A stretch of 64,000 bases of DNA from Myxococcota bacterium (GTDB lineage: Bacteria; Myxococcota_A; UBA9160; SMWR01). The number at the start of each line of letters is the position of its first letter. Position 1 is the stretch's first letter. The notes beneath the pieces are model-generated. The model saw only the letters and a list, made by a program, of their open reading frames with translations. It made no database searches and was not told the DNA's origin. Below are positions 9,812 through 17,264 of the stretch, in pieces. The DNA is taken from assembly GCA_036560145.1 (NCBI GenBank), contig DATBRV010000062.1:108703-172702 (forward strand), in the 5' to 3' direction. The position numbers and the translations under genes were made by a program.

Positions 9812-9877
9812 GCTATGCAAGAAGCTCCAAGGGCACCCGCAGCGCGTCGCGCATCGTGAAAATGCCCCCCCCGCTAC
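9812..9877 (+). repeat. acceptor-mimic repeat unit, copy A
   Basis: GCTATGCAAGAAGCTCCAAGGGCACCCGCAGCGCGTCGCGCATCGTGAAAATGCCCCCCCCGCTAC. It aligns with units B1, C and D and ends in poly-C plus GCTAC, like the tRNA 3' end. It lies 193 nt upstream of the 10070 start. Confidence 0.65.
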
Positions 9878-10069
9878 GGGGGGCGTCGCGGAGAGCGGCC
9901 CGACACGATGGGCGGCGGTGGGGTTTCTCAGCTCTTTGGAAGGGCGAACTAGCTCTTCCCGCTGGTGTATTGATCCGGGGAGGCGCAGTGTGGGGCAAAC
10001 GATGGGAAGGGGCGCGGTGGTGGGCGTGCCGCCGGGATCCTCTTCCGTTATTTGCGAGAGGGGACTCCA

Positions 10070-10810
10070 ATGCGCCGTCTGCTACTGATCGCGTTCGCCG
10101 TCCTCGTGGCCCCGGTTCTCGCCCCCGCTGCGTTTGCGGTCGGAATCAGTTTGGGGGGGGTAAGCGCAATCGATCCCTCCGCGTGTAACACCTCCACATG
10201 CGATTCCGGTACTCCCTACGTACCTACGACCTTGCCCGACTCGGGCACGGTGAGTGCCACCTTCGCCGGAAACAGCTCGACGATAGGCTACAACCTTTCG
10301 AACTCTGCGTTCATGATCACCTTTGACGAGACTAGCGGGGTAAACCTGAATGACACAGGGTACGTCATCGCACAAATCGATTTCACTCCCGACGCGAACG
10401 TGGACTACTCGCTTGATGGGGCCTACGGCGCCCTCGACGCAGTCGCTGGTTATGATGCCCTTAGCGTTAGTCTTGTTGACCTCACTGACAGTGTCGCTCT
10501 ATTTGTAAACAGCCAAGTTAGCATCGGGACCCCCTTTGAGAGCTTGACTCTCGGGCAAGTAGGCGGCGACTGGAGCAACTCCTTATCCGGCTCTCTCAGC
10601 GGCAGCCTGATCGCCGGCCACAACTACCGGTTCAACGCGCAATCTCAGAAGGCGAACCTTGGCGCCTCCGCTGGTGCGTCGGCGAGCGGCTTCGTCAATC
10701 TAACCTTCATCCCCGAGTCCGGCACGGGCCTGCTCGTGATGACAGGCCTACTCGGGCTTGCGTACCGGCAGCGGCGACATGGGCGCGCAGTGAATCGGGC
10801 CCGCCGGTAG
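10070..10810 (+). CDS. PEP-CTERM sorting-domain protein (Ser/Gly/Asn-rich ectodomain)
   Basis: ATG 10070 follows GAGAGGGGA. Signal peptide MRRLLLIAFAVLVAPVLAPAAFA. C-terminus IPESGTGLLVMTGLLGLAYRQRRHGR is a PEP-CTERM-type tail. Third codon positions are visibly more A/T-rich than in neighbouring genes. Confidence 0.8.
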   Translation: MRRLLLIAFAVLVAPVLAPAAFAVGISLGGVSAIDPSACNTSTCDSGTPYVPTTLPDSGTVSATFAGNSSTIGYNLSNSAFMITFDETSGVNLNDTGYVIAQIDFTPDANVDYSLDGAYGALDAVAGYDALSVSLVDLTDSVALFVNSQVSIGTPFESLTLGQVGGDWSNSLSGSLSGSLIAGHNYRFNAQSQKANLGASAGASASGFVNLTFIPESGTGLLVMTGLLGLAYRQRRHGRAVNRARR

Positions 10811-10851
10811 CCTCCGGGAACACGCGGCTAGAGAAACCGCTCGCACTCGGC

Positions 10852-10989
10852 CTACGCGACGAACTCGAGCGGTGCCCGGAGCGCGTCTCGACTGGTGAAA
10901 ATCGCCCGCCTCCCCCGCTACGCGGCGAACTCGATTACCGCCTCGACCGCGCGTCGGGCGTTCCAAAGCGCCCCCCCGCTACCACCTAG
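10852..10989 (+). repeat. two head-to-tail acceptor-mimic units (B1, B2) ending in a copy of the tRNA-fMet 3' end
   Basis: B1 is 10852-10921 (CTACGCGACGAACTCGAGCGGTGCCCGGAGCGCGTC...CCCCCGCTAC). B2 is 10917-10986. The stretch 10973-10989 CCCCCGCTACCACCTAG is identical to tRNA positions 9453-9469. Confidence 0.75.
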
Positions 10990-10991
10990 AG

Positions 10992-11026
10992 CAGACGCCC
11001 GGCGCCTTCCCAGGCCCGGGCGTCTG
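10992..11026 (+). terminator. hairpin H1, second copy
   Basis: The stem arms are identical to 9472-9507. The whole stretch 10973-11031 matches 9453-9512 except in the loop. Confidence 0.5.
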
Positions 11027-11068
11027 CCGTTTCGAGCGCCAGATCGAGCCGTCCCGGTCCGCTTCGCT

Positions 11069-11353
11069 TCAGCCCACGCCGTCGCCGCGCGTGCACGTGC
11101 CGCTGTTGTTGTCGCCCGAATAGCTGTGATTGCTCTGCTGGCAACGGTCCTTGAAGGTGGCGCAATCAGAGGCCGCGTCGGCCTTGCAGGTCTTCACGTC
11201 GCAGCGCACCCCATCCGAATTGGGAACCGTGCAGTTCGTGGTCCTCGCGACCGGCTGCGGGCCATTGTCGGTATCCATGACGTCGCCGGCCGGTGGTTTG
11301 GAGCAACCATGGGCGATCAACAACACGGTGCAGGCGAGCAGGATTCGATTCAT
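11069..11353 (-). CDS. small Cys-rich lipoprotein
   Basis: GGAGAG Shine-Dalgarno 4 nt before ATG 11353. Lipobox LLIAHGC. Eight Cys in the precursor including the lipobox Cys (seven in the mature chain). Confidence 0.6.
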   Translation of the reverse strand: MNRILLACTVLLIAHGCSKPPAGDVMDTDNGPQPVARTTNCTVPNSDGVRCDVKTCKADAASDCATFKDRCQQSNHSYSGDNNSGTCTRGDGVG

Positions 11354-11368
11354 GATTCTCTCCGGTAG

Positions 11369-11818
11369 CTACATCCGTCCCAGGTCGGTGATGGCGTCGA
11401 GCACCATTCCCGTGCCGATCGCGATCAGCAGCACATCGTTCGCCACGCGCACGAAGCGGTAGCCGGGCGGCGGCACGCCAAGCTCGACGACCAGCGGCGG
11501 GGGCAGATCGTAGAAGATCAACTCGCGCGGCAGGGGCCGGCCGATCGTCCAGAGCTTCTTCGCCTGCCCCGGCGGCAGGCAGCCGTTGTTCTTCTTGGCG
11601 AGGCCGGGCGGGCAATGGCCCGCCCCGATCTCCTTCGCGTACCAACCGCGCACCGCGGCCTGTTGGGGCTCGTCGAAGCGCACCTCGACGCGCTGCTTCC
11701 CCTGGTCGTCGTGGCCGTGCTTGCCCTTCTTTCCGTGCTGCTCGTTTCCGGCCCAGGCGGGTCCGCCCGCGAGGGCGGCCACAAGGGCGAGTGCGAGGAT
11801 CGAAGACGGATGGGTCAT
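11369..11818 (-). CDS. RcnB/CigR-like periplasmic protein
   Basis: GGGAGGA Shine-Dalgarno. Signal peptide ...LAGGPAWA. His/Lys-rich stretch, then CPPGLAKKNNGCLPPGQAKK...PPPGYRFVRVANDVLLIAIGTGMVLDAI, the pattern I associate with the RcnB/CigR family. Confidence 0.65.
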   Translation of the reverse strand: MTHPSSILALALVAALAGGPAWAGNEQHGKKGKHGHDDQGKQRVEVRFDEPQQAAVRGWYAKEIGAGHCPPGLAKKNNGCLPPGQAKKLWTIGRPLPRELIFYDLPPPLVVELGVPPPGYRFVRVANDVLLIAIGTGMVLDAITDLGRM

Positions 11819-11980
11819 GGAATCCTCCCGTGACGGAATCGGACGATAACCCGCCCACGGCAGCCGGCCTCCCGACCTCCTGGGCGGCCTCGAGCTCGAA
11901 GCCTTGCGCGGTCAATCGCTCAGGGATTCCCTGCCAGCTCGCGCACCAGCCGGCGAAGGAACTCCAGGGCCGCGCATGGG

Positions 11981-12052
11981 GCTACGCCGCGAACGCGAGC
12001 GGCACGTGGAGGCCCGCCTGCATTCGGACAAATCGCCCCCCCCCGCTACCAC
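11981..12052 (+). repeat. acceptor-mimic repeat unit, copy C, ending in a tRNA 3'-end copy
   Basis: GCTACGCCGCGAACGCGAGCGGCACGTGGAGGCCCGCCTGCATTCGGACAAATCGCCCCCCCCCGCTACCAC. The core 12040-12052 equals the tRNA 3' end through CCAC. It ends 160 nt upstream of ATG 12212. Confidence 0.7.
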
Positions 12053-12054
12053 TT

Positions 12055-12087
12055 GAAGCCCCCGGAATCGAAAGGTTCCGGGGGCTT
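12055..12087 (+). terminator. hairpin H2
   Basis: GAAGCCCCCGGAA pairs with TTCCGGGGGCTTC (13 bp, 7-nt loop). A related hairpin lies at 13281-13313. Confidence 0.45.
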
Positions 12088-12211
12088 CGTCTTCCAGGCC
12101 CCCAACATTCTGGCCGTCTTCTGACATTTTCTGGTCGCAGCGACCACAACCAATGCCACCAATTCGTCCTGCCGCCCACATACCCATCGTACGACCCTGG
12201 GAGGGACGTCG

Positions 12212-13090
12212 ATGGCCCCGCCTGTTCGCTCGCTCCTCACTCGTCGCTTCGGTCTTGCGTCGGGTCCCTTTTCGTCGAGAGGGTTCCGGCGTTGCTTCTG
12301 GCGAGAAGTCTCACTTCGTTTGATGGCAGCCTCGCTCGTGTTTGCGGTTGCGGGACGAGCCATGGCCACGGAGCTGGTTGGTTCCAACTATATTGTTCCC
12401 AACACACTAATAAGAATCGACACCTCGACTGGGGCCGGTACGGCGGTCGGTCCGTTGGTCGAGAGCGTGAGGGGCCTCGCGTTCGACACAAACACGGGCA
12501 CCCTATATGGGACGCTGTTCGCTACGGATTCACTTCTTCTAAGAATCAATTACTCGACGGGAGCGGCGACAGTGGTCGGTTCGTTGGGATCCGTAGACCC
12601 CGAGGGACTCGCGTTCGACCCCAACACGAATACGTTGTACGGGACGAATGTCTTTACGGATCAACTCTTGACGATCGACACCTCGACCGGAGCACCTACG
12701 GCCGTCGGCGCACTGGGTTTCCCCGCCGTGGGCGGACTCGCATTCGACCCCAACACGAATACGTTGTACGGGACGGATTTCATTCTTGACCGACTTGTCA
12801 CGATCGACACTTTGACCGGAGCGGCGACAGAGGTCGGTCCGTTGGGTATCCCGCGCGTGGAAGGTCTCGAGTTCGACCCCAACACGAATACGCTGTACGG
12901 AACGGGTACCATCAGTGACGAACTCTTGACGATCGACACCTCGACTGGGGCGGCCACTGCGGTCGGCCCGTTGGGGTTCGGATTTGTGGTGGGCCTTGCT
13001 GTCGTCCCTGAACCCTCCACCGCGCTCCTCCTTGGCGCCGGTCTCCTGATGTTCGCAAGCGCAAGGCGACCGACCCAGCGACTGCATTGA
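12212..13090 (+). CDS. PEP-CTERM protein with tandem 43-aa beta-propeller-like repeats
   Basis: Strong Shine-Dalgarno GGGAGGGA 5 nt before ATG 12212; ATG 12323 is an alternative start. Repeats GLAFDPNTNTLYGT....D.LLTIDTSTGAATAVGPLG. C-terminus VPEPSTALLLGAGLLMFASARRP. Confidence 0.8.
   Translation: MAPPVRSLLTRRFGLASGPFSSRGFRRCFWREVSLRLMAASLVFAVAGRAMATELVGSNYIVPNTLIRIDTSTGAGTAVGPLVESVRGLAFDTNTGTLYGTLFATDSLLLRINYSTGAATVVGSLGSVDPEGLAFDPNTNTLYGTNVFTDQLLTIDTSTGAPTAVGALGFPAVGGLAFDPNTNTLYGTDFILDRLVTIDTLTGAATEVGPLGIPRVEGLEFDPNTNTLYGTGTISDELLTIDTSTGAATAVGPLGFGFVVGLAVVPEPSTALLLGAGLLMFASARRPTQRLH
12470..12997 (+). repeat. coding tandem repeats, 129-bp period
   Basis: GGACTCGC(G/A)TTCGACCCCAACACGAATACGTTGTACGGGACG recurs at 12605 and 12734, with the variant GGTCTCGAGTTCGACCCCAACACGAATACGCTGTACGGAACG at 12863. 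More diverged copies lie upstream. Confidence 0.8.
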
Positions 13091-13209
13091 GATGCACTCC
13101 GCTTCGGCCCCGGCCGGGCGCGACCCCACAGAGGCGGCACGGGCGCGCAGCATAGGGGGTCCGCCCGTAGCGTCGGGGACTCGCGGCACGGGCAATGGTT
13201 TACGCTCAA

Positions 13210-13282
13210 GCTACGCGACGAGCTCGAGCGGCACGCGGAGGGAGTCGGACATCTGACGTAGCGCCCCCCCGCTACCACCTAG
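13210..13282 (+). repeat. acceptor-mimic repeat unit, copy D, ending in a tRNA 3'-end copy
   Basis: GCTACGCGACGAGCTCGAGCGGCACGCGGAGGGAGTCGGACATCTGACGTAGCGCCCCCCCGCTACCACCTAG. The stretch 13266-13282 is identical to tRNA 9453-9469. Confidence 0.75.
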
Positions 13283-13320
13283 GCCCCCGGAACCGCGATG
13301 GTTCCGGGGGCTTCCTTTTT
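13281..13320 (+). terminator. intrinsic terminator-like hairpin H2' with T-run
   Basis: GCCCCCGGAACC pairs with GGTTCCGGGGGC (12 bp, 5-nt loop), followed by TTCCTTTTT. Confidence 0.6.
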
Positions 13321-13890
13321 CAGGCGTTGGCGATAGTGGTGGGACTCTGGTGGGACTTCTCGCCGAGCCGGGCCAGCAGATCCGCCGGCACCTCGCCGGG
13401 GCCGGCCTCGAGCGGCCTCCGGAAGGCGTCGTCGCCGCACCAGCGCGCGTAGTGCCGGGCCGTCACCGCGACGTCCGCGTGGCCGAGCTGCGCGGAGACG
13501 TAAACGAGCTGCATCCCGGCCGAGAGAAGCTGCGAGGCGTAGGTGTCGCGCAGGTTGTGGGGCGTGTACGACGCCCACACGCCGTGTTCGTCCAGGGTTC
13601 CGATCCCCGTCGCCTTGCACAGACCGCGGAGCGTCCGGTTCCGGTAGTTGGCGTGGTCGACCCGTGCCACGAACCCCGACTCCGGCCTCCCCTCGCGCAT
13701 CCAGGTCTCCCTGAGTGCGCGCCGGAGCCGCCGCGACAAGCGCCGCCACGTCCTCCGGCTTCTCGATCGGCTGCGCCTTGTGGCCGGCCTCGTTCTCCGC
13801 CCTGCCCTTCTTCGTCTGGTTGCGCCGCCGCAGCACCGCGCGCACGCCCCGGTCCGGGGAGCGTATCAAGGCGGCCTCGGGCCCGATCAC
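13320..13890 (-). pseudogene. tyrosine recombinase (phage-type integrase), frameshifted and internally deleted
   Basis: Frame 13320..13739 holds the C-terminal catalytic region ...YTPHNLRDTYASQLLSAGMQLVYVSAQLGHADVAVTARHYARW (H-x-x-R, H, Y). The linker-like piece ...PIEKPEDVAALVAAA sits in another frame (13741-13890). The segment that should carry the first catalytic Arg and the Lys is missing. Confidence 0.7.
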
Positions 13891-13925
13891 GCGTTACGGC
13901 TGGAACGTCGAAGAGGATCGCTGGA

Positions 13926-13998
13926 GCTACGGCGAGGGCCCACCCGGGTCGCGCGAGCTGACACCCCTGATGAAGCTGGTGCTGTAGACGGCCCGCTA
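13926..13998 (+). repeat. acceptor-mimic repeat unit, diverged copy E
   Basis: GCTACGGCGAGGGCCCACCCGGGTCGCGCGAGCTGACACCCCTGATGAAGCTGGTGCTGTAGACGGCCCGCTA. Both ends align with unit D. It ends 160 nt upstream of the 14158 start, the same distance as unit C from 12212. Confidence 0.5.
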
Positions 13999-14157
13999 GG
14001 GGTGACCCGAAACGCACCTCACGCAAATCCGAAATACCCTTCCCCCAGGCAACACTCGAGTGTAGCCTGCAAGGTCGGGAAGGGGATCCGGAAGGGGATC
14101 TCCGTGCAGACTGCTGTTCGCCCTCGCCGCGGACTTGACCTTCGGAAGGGCGAGACT

Positions 14158-14838
14158 TTGCAGACCAAGCGATATCTGTTGATCCTCGTGTCTCTGGGGC
14201 TGTGCGCACCAGCGGCTGCCGCTCCCATCACAATTCCCACAAGTCTCGATCCGGGGGACGAATATCGCCTAGCCTTCGTGACGTCGCCTAAACGCAACGG
14301 GGCGTCTTCGCTAATTGCGTCCTACAACGCCTTCGTCACCGACGTCGCCAACACCCAGGCCGCGCTGGCGTCACTCGGCACCACGTGGAAGGCGATCGGC
14401 TCAACGGCGACGGTCGATGCACGGGATAACACCGGCACGAACCCGGTCGTCGATGGGGTCGGGGTCCCGATCTTCCTCCTGAACGACACATTGCTGGCAG
14501 ACGACAATTCCGACCTGTGGGATGGAGACATCCTTGTGCCATTTGCGATAGATGAAGCAGGCGCGGTGAGTCCGTTGAGCTTCGTCTGGACCGGCACGAC
14601 TTCGTCGGGTGTTGCTCACCCTTTCCCCTTGGGCTCCGAGGAACCGGTGATCGGCACAACCGGGATGACGAATAGCAACTGGGTGGATGGCGCCAAACTC
14701 TTTTCGTTCTTGGAACGGCCCGTTTACGCGGTGTCCGATGTCTTGATCGTCGTCCCCGAGCCCGGCACCGGCCTCCTCGTGATGACGGGCCTACTCGGGC
14801 TTGCATACCGGCAGTGGCGCCAGCGGCGCGAAGCGTAG
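14158..14838 (+). CDS. PEP-CTERM sorting-domain protein
   Basis: No ATG lies near the signal peptide. TTG 14158 after GGAAGGG gives (M)QTKRYLLILVSLGLCAPAAAAP. C-terminus VPEPGTGLLVMTGLLGLAYRQWRQRRE. The track ORF from 13648 is an upstream read-through. Confidence 0.7.
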   Translation: MQTKRYLLILVSLGLCAPAAAAPITIPTSLDPGDEYRLAFVTSPKRNGASSLIASYNAFVTDVANTQAALASLGTTWKAIGSTATVDARDNTGTNPVVDGVGVPIFLLNDTLLADDNSDLWDGDILVPFAIDEAGAVSPLSFVWTGTTSSGVAHPFPLGSEEPVIGTTGMTNSNWVDGAKLFSFLERPVYAVSDVLIVVPEPGTGLLVMTGLLGLAYRQWRQRREA

Positions 14839-14928
14839 AGGATCCGCCCGTCGCCCGCGGGGTGTTGCTCGGGCTAGAATCGCCCCGCGATCGCTCGACC
14901 CGCCGCCGGCTACATTTGGGAGAACTCC

Positions 14929-16059
14929 ATGCCGCGCACGTCCCTCCAGCTCCGGTCGAAGATCACGGCAAACGCCCAGCTCGAGCTCTCGCTGGCCGAG
15001 GTGGAAGTCGCCGATCCCGGACCGGACGAAGTCCTGGTGCGCATCGAAGCCGCGCCCATCAATCCCTCGGACCTTGGCCTGCTGTTCGGCCCCGCGGACA
15101 TGCGCACCGCGAAGACTTCCGGGAGTGACTCACACCCGCTGGTGACGGCCGACGTTCCCGCGGACCAGATGCGCGGCGTCGCGGCGCGCGTCGACCAGTC
15201 GCTGCCCGTCGGCAACGAAGGCGCGGGCATCGTGGTCGCCGCCGGCGAATCTCCCGCCGCGCAGGCGCTGCTCGGCCGGACGGTCGGGGTGATCGGCGGC
15301 GCGATGTACGCGCAGCTGCGCAGCACGAAGCTCGGTCAGTGCCTCGCCTTCCCCGACGGAACCCGACCGGCCGAGTGTGCGTCGTGGTTCGTGAATCCGC
15401 TGACCGCGCTCGGGATGGTGGAGACCATGCGCAAGGAGGGCTTCACGGCGCTCGTCCACACCGCGGCCGCGTCGAACCTGGGACAGATGCTGGTCAAGCT
15501 CTGCCTCGCCGACGGTGTGCCGCTCGTCAACATCGTGCGCAAGCCCGAGCAGGCAAAGCTGCTGCGTTCCCTCGGTGCGGTGCACGTCGTCGATTCGAGC
15601 GCGCCGACCTTCATGGCCGACCTGATCCGGGCCGTCAGCGAGACGGGCGCGACGCTCGCGTTCGACGCCACGGGCGGAGGCAAGCTCGCGAGCCAGATCC
15701 TGACGGCGATGGAGGCGGCGCTCAACGCGAAGGCGACCGAGTACAGCCGCTACGGCTCGACGGCCCCGAAGCAGGTCTACATCTACGGCGGCCTCGATCG
15801 CTCGCCCACCGAGCTGACGCGCAACTTCGGTATGGCCTGGGGCGTCGGCGGCTGGCTCCTCACGCCGTTCCTGCAGAAGAACGGCGACAAGGTGCCGAAG
15901 CTCCGCGATCGCGTCGCGGCCGAGATCAAGACCACCTTCGCGAGCCACTACACCCGGGAAGTGTCGCTCGCCGAGGCTCTCTCGCTCGCCGCCATCGCCG
16001 TCTACGGCAAGCAGTCGACCGGCGAGAAGTACCTGATCAACCCCAGCCGGAAAATCTGA
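14929..16059 (+). CDS. medium-chain dehydrogenase/reductase (quinone oxidoreductase / enoyl reductase-like)
   Basis: GGGAGAA Shine-Dalgarno. Motifs VLVRIEAAPINPSD, GNEGAG, and the nucleotide-binding region ALVHTAAASNLGQMLVKL. Confidence 0.85.
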   Translation: MPRTSLQLRSKITANAQLELSLAEVEVADPGPDEVLVRIEAAPINPSDLGLLFGPADMRTAKTSGSDSHPLVTADVPADQMRGVAARVDQSLPVGNEGAGIVVAAGESPAAQALLGRTVGVIGGAMYAQLRSTKLGQCLAFPDGTRPAECASWFVNPLTALGMVETMRKEGFTALVHTAAASNLGQMLVKLCLADGVPLVNIVRKPEQAKLLRSLGAVHVVDSSAPTFMADLIRAVSETGATLAFDATGGGKLASQILTAMEAALNAKATEYSRYGSTAPKQVYIYGGLDRSPTELTRNFGMAWGVGGWLLTPFLQKNGDKVPKLRDRVAAEIKTTFASHYTREVSLAEALSLAAIAVYGKQSTGEKYLINPSRKI

Positions 16060-16071
16060 GACTGCGTAGAG

Positions 16072-16106
16072 CAGGCGCCCGGTGCCTTCCCAGGCCCGGG
16101 CGTCTG
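16072..16106. terminator. hairpin H1, third copy, between convergent genes
   Basis: TAGAGCAGGCGCCCGGTGCCTTCCCAGGCCCGGGCGTCTG (16067-16106) differs from 10987-11026 at 2 positions (3 if the flanking GTCGTT/GCCGTT is included). It lacks the CCCCGCTACCACC core. Confidence 0.5.
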
Positions 16107-16160
16107 TCGTTCCAGACCACGCATCTTCAGCATTCGCGTTCGTCGCGCGCCGAGCACGCC

Positions 16161-16982
16161 TCAATCGGTGCAGGGGCGACCGAGCAGCGCCAACAGGCGC
16201 TCGATCGCGCCGACGATGAGCCGCCGCTGCCGCCGGCGCTCCGGCTCCACGAGGTCCGCGAAGACCTCGTCCATTCCTCGGTCTTGGTACGAGTCCAGGC
16301 TCACGTCCCCACTCACGACCTTCGACGGATCCGCGAGAGTCTCACGACAACGCGCCTGGATCCGCCTGAAGGCGGCCTCGCCGCCCGATTCCGCGGGCCA
16401 GATGCCTTGAACCGACTGCTCCGTCGCGAACTCCTCCCACTCGACCGGTTGGTTGGCACCGGGGTGTATCAATGCCGTCAGTCGGACGGCGCCGGCTTCG
16501 ACGTCCTCCGGGAGCCGCGCGAGTGCGCCGCCTTCGTCGATCACCGTGGCGTCGAAGCCCGTCTCGATGCGAGCCGAACCGTTCTCGAGCGATCCGGCTC
16601 GGGTCGCGTGCCCGCTCGCGAAGGCAAGGTGACCGAAGCGATCGTGATGCGTCTGCGTCGGCAGCGCAGAGTGATGGAAGCCCTGCTCCTCTCGCCTGAC
16701 GGTCGCCCACGAGCCGTCGGAGCGGAGCACCCGGTCGAGGCCAGCGGCGGGATCGAGGAAGAACAGGAACGGCTGGCCTCGCCCAATGGCACGCATCCTC
16801 TTGTACCAGCTGTGTGCTTCCGCGACGTAGAACGGGAAGGCTTCTCGCTGCGCTCGAGTCGGCACCGGTAGATCCCGCACCAGTTGGCGGTAGGTTGCGA
16901 GGTCGAGTCTGGACGCGGAAGCGTGAGCGCTGTCGAGATCTCGTTCGAGTCGAAGGATCAAGTCCGCGGAGAACTCTCCCAT
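16161..16982 (-). CDS. hypothetical protein, no recognisable domain
   Basis: ATG 16982 is preceded by a perfect AAGGAGG. The track start at 17069 is less likely. GC3-rich, 273 aa. Confidence 0.65.
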   Translation of the reverse strand: MGEFSADLILRLERDLDSAHASASRLDLATYRQLVRDLPVPTRAQREAFPFYVAEAHSWYKRMRAIGRGQPFLFFLDPAAGLDRVLRSDGSWATVRREEQGFHHSALPTQTHHDRFGHLAFASGHATRAGSLENGSARIETGFDATVIDEGGALARLPEDVEAGAVRLTALIHPGANQPVEWEEFATEQSVQGIWPAESGGEAAFRRIQARCRETLADPSKVVSGDVSLDSYQDRGMDEVFADLVEPERRRQRRLIVGAIERLLALLGRPCTD

Positions 16983-17264
16983 CGGGTGCCTCCTTCGCAA
17001 TTCCAGGGGAGCGTAGCGGTCCCGGCCGCCGCGCCCGATCCGTGAGACCATCATACAACTGGGTGTCAATCAGGCCGGCGGAGCGCAGGAAGGGACACGC
17101 CGCCCCAATCGTTCGCGCGGCGCACGTTGGACTTGCGACCGAGTCCACTCGCGATCGAACGCACCGCTGTCGCCGGTGAGGCGAAGCCCCTCGAACTCGA
17201 GCTCGCTGCCACCCACGCGCGCAGCCAAGCCACATTCCCTACAGGCAACTCTGGAGGTGAGTCG

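Noticed and set aside
12470-12997. Regularly spaced repeats that could be mistaken for a CRISPR array (also 21703-22050)
   Set aside because: The periods are 129 and 174 bp with no short unique spacers. The repeats are in-frame protein repeats inside CDS, and no cas genes are present.
9812-13282. Integron-like cassette array (repeat units as attC sites)
   Set aside because: The units lack the R''/L''-L'/R' imperfect inverted-repeat structure and the GTTRRRY core. The integrase remnant is oriented with its 3' end toward the repeats and looks phage-type, not IntI-like with an attI on its 5' side.
9812-13282. Repeat units as a conserved small-peptide coding region (one frame reads LRDELER... 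and ends PPATT-stop)
   Set aside because: The frame is not preserved between copies. Copy D has an internal stop, and copy A runs into a 170-codon junk ORF. Conservation is at the nucleotide level.
13715-13987. A + strand ORF with high GC3 ending ...RYGWNVEEDRWSYGEGPPGSRELTPLMKLVL
   Set aside because: Its first two thirds are antisense to the integrase remnant and share its third-codon positions. The last part coincides with repeat unit E. It has no Shine-Dalgarno and no recognisable motif.
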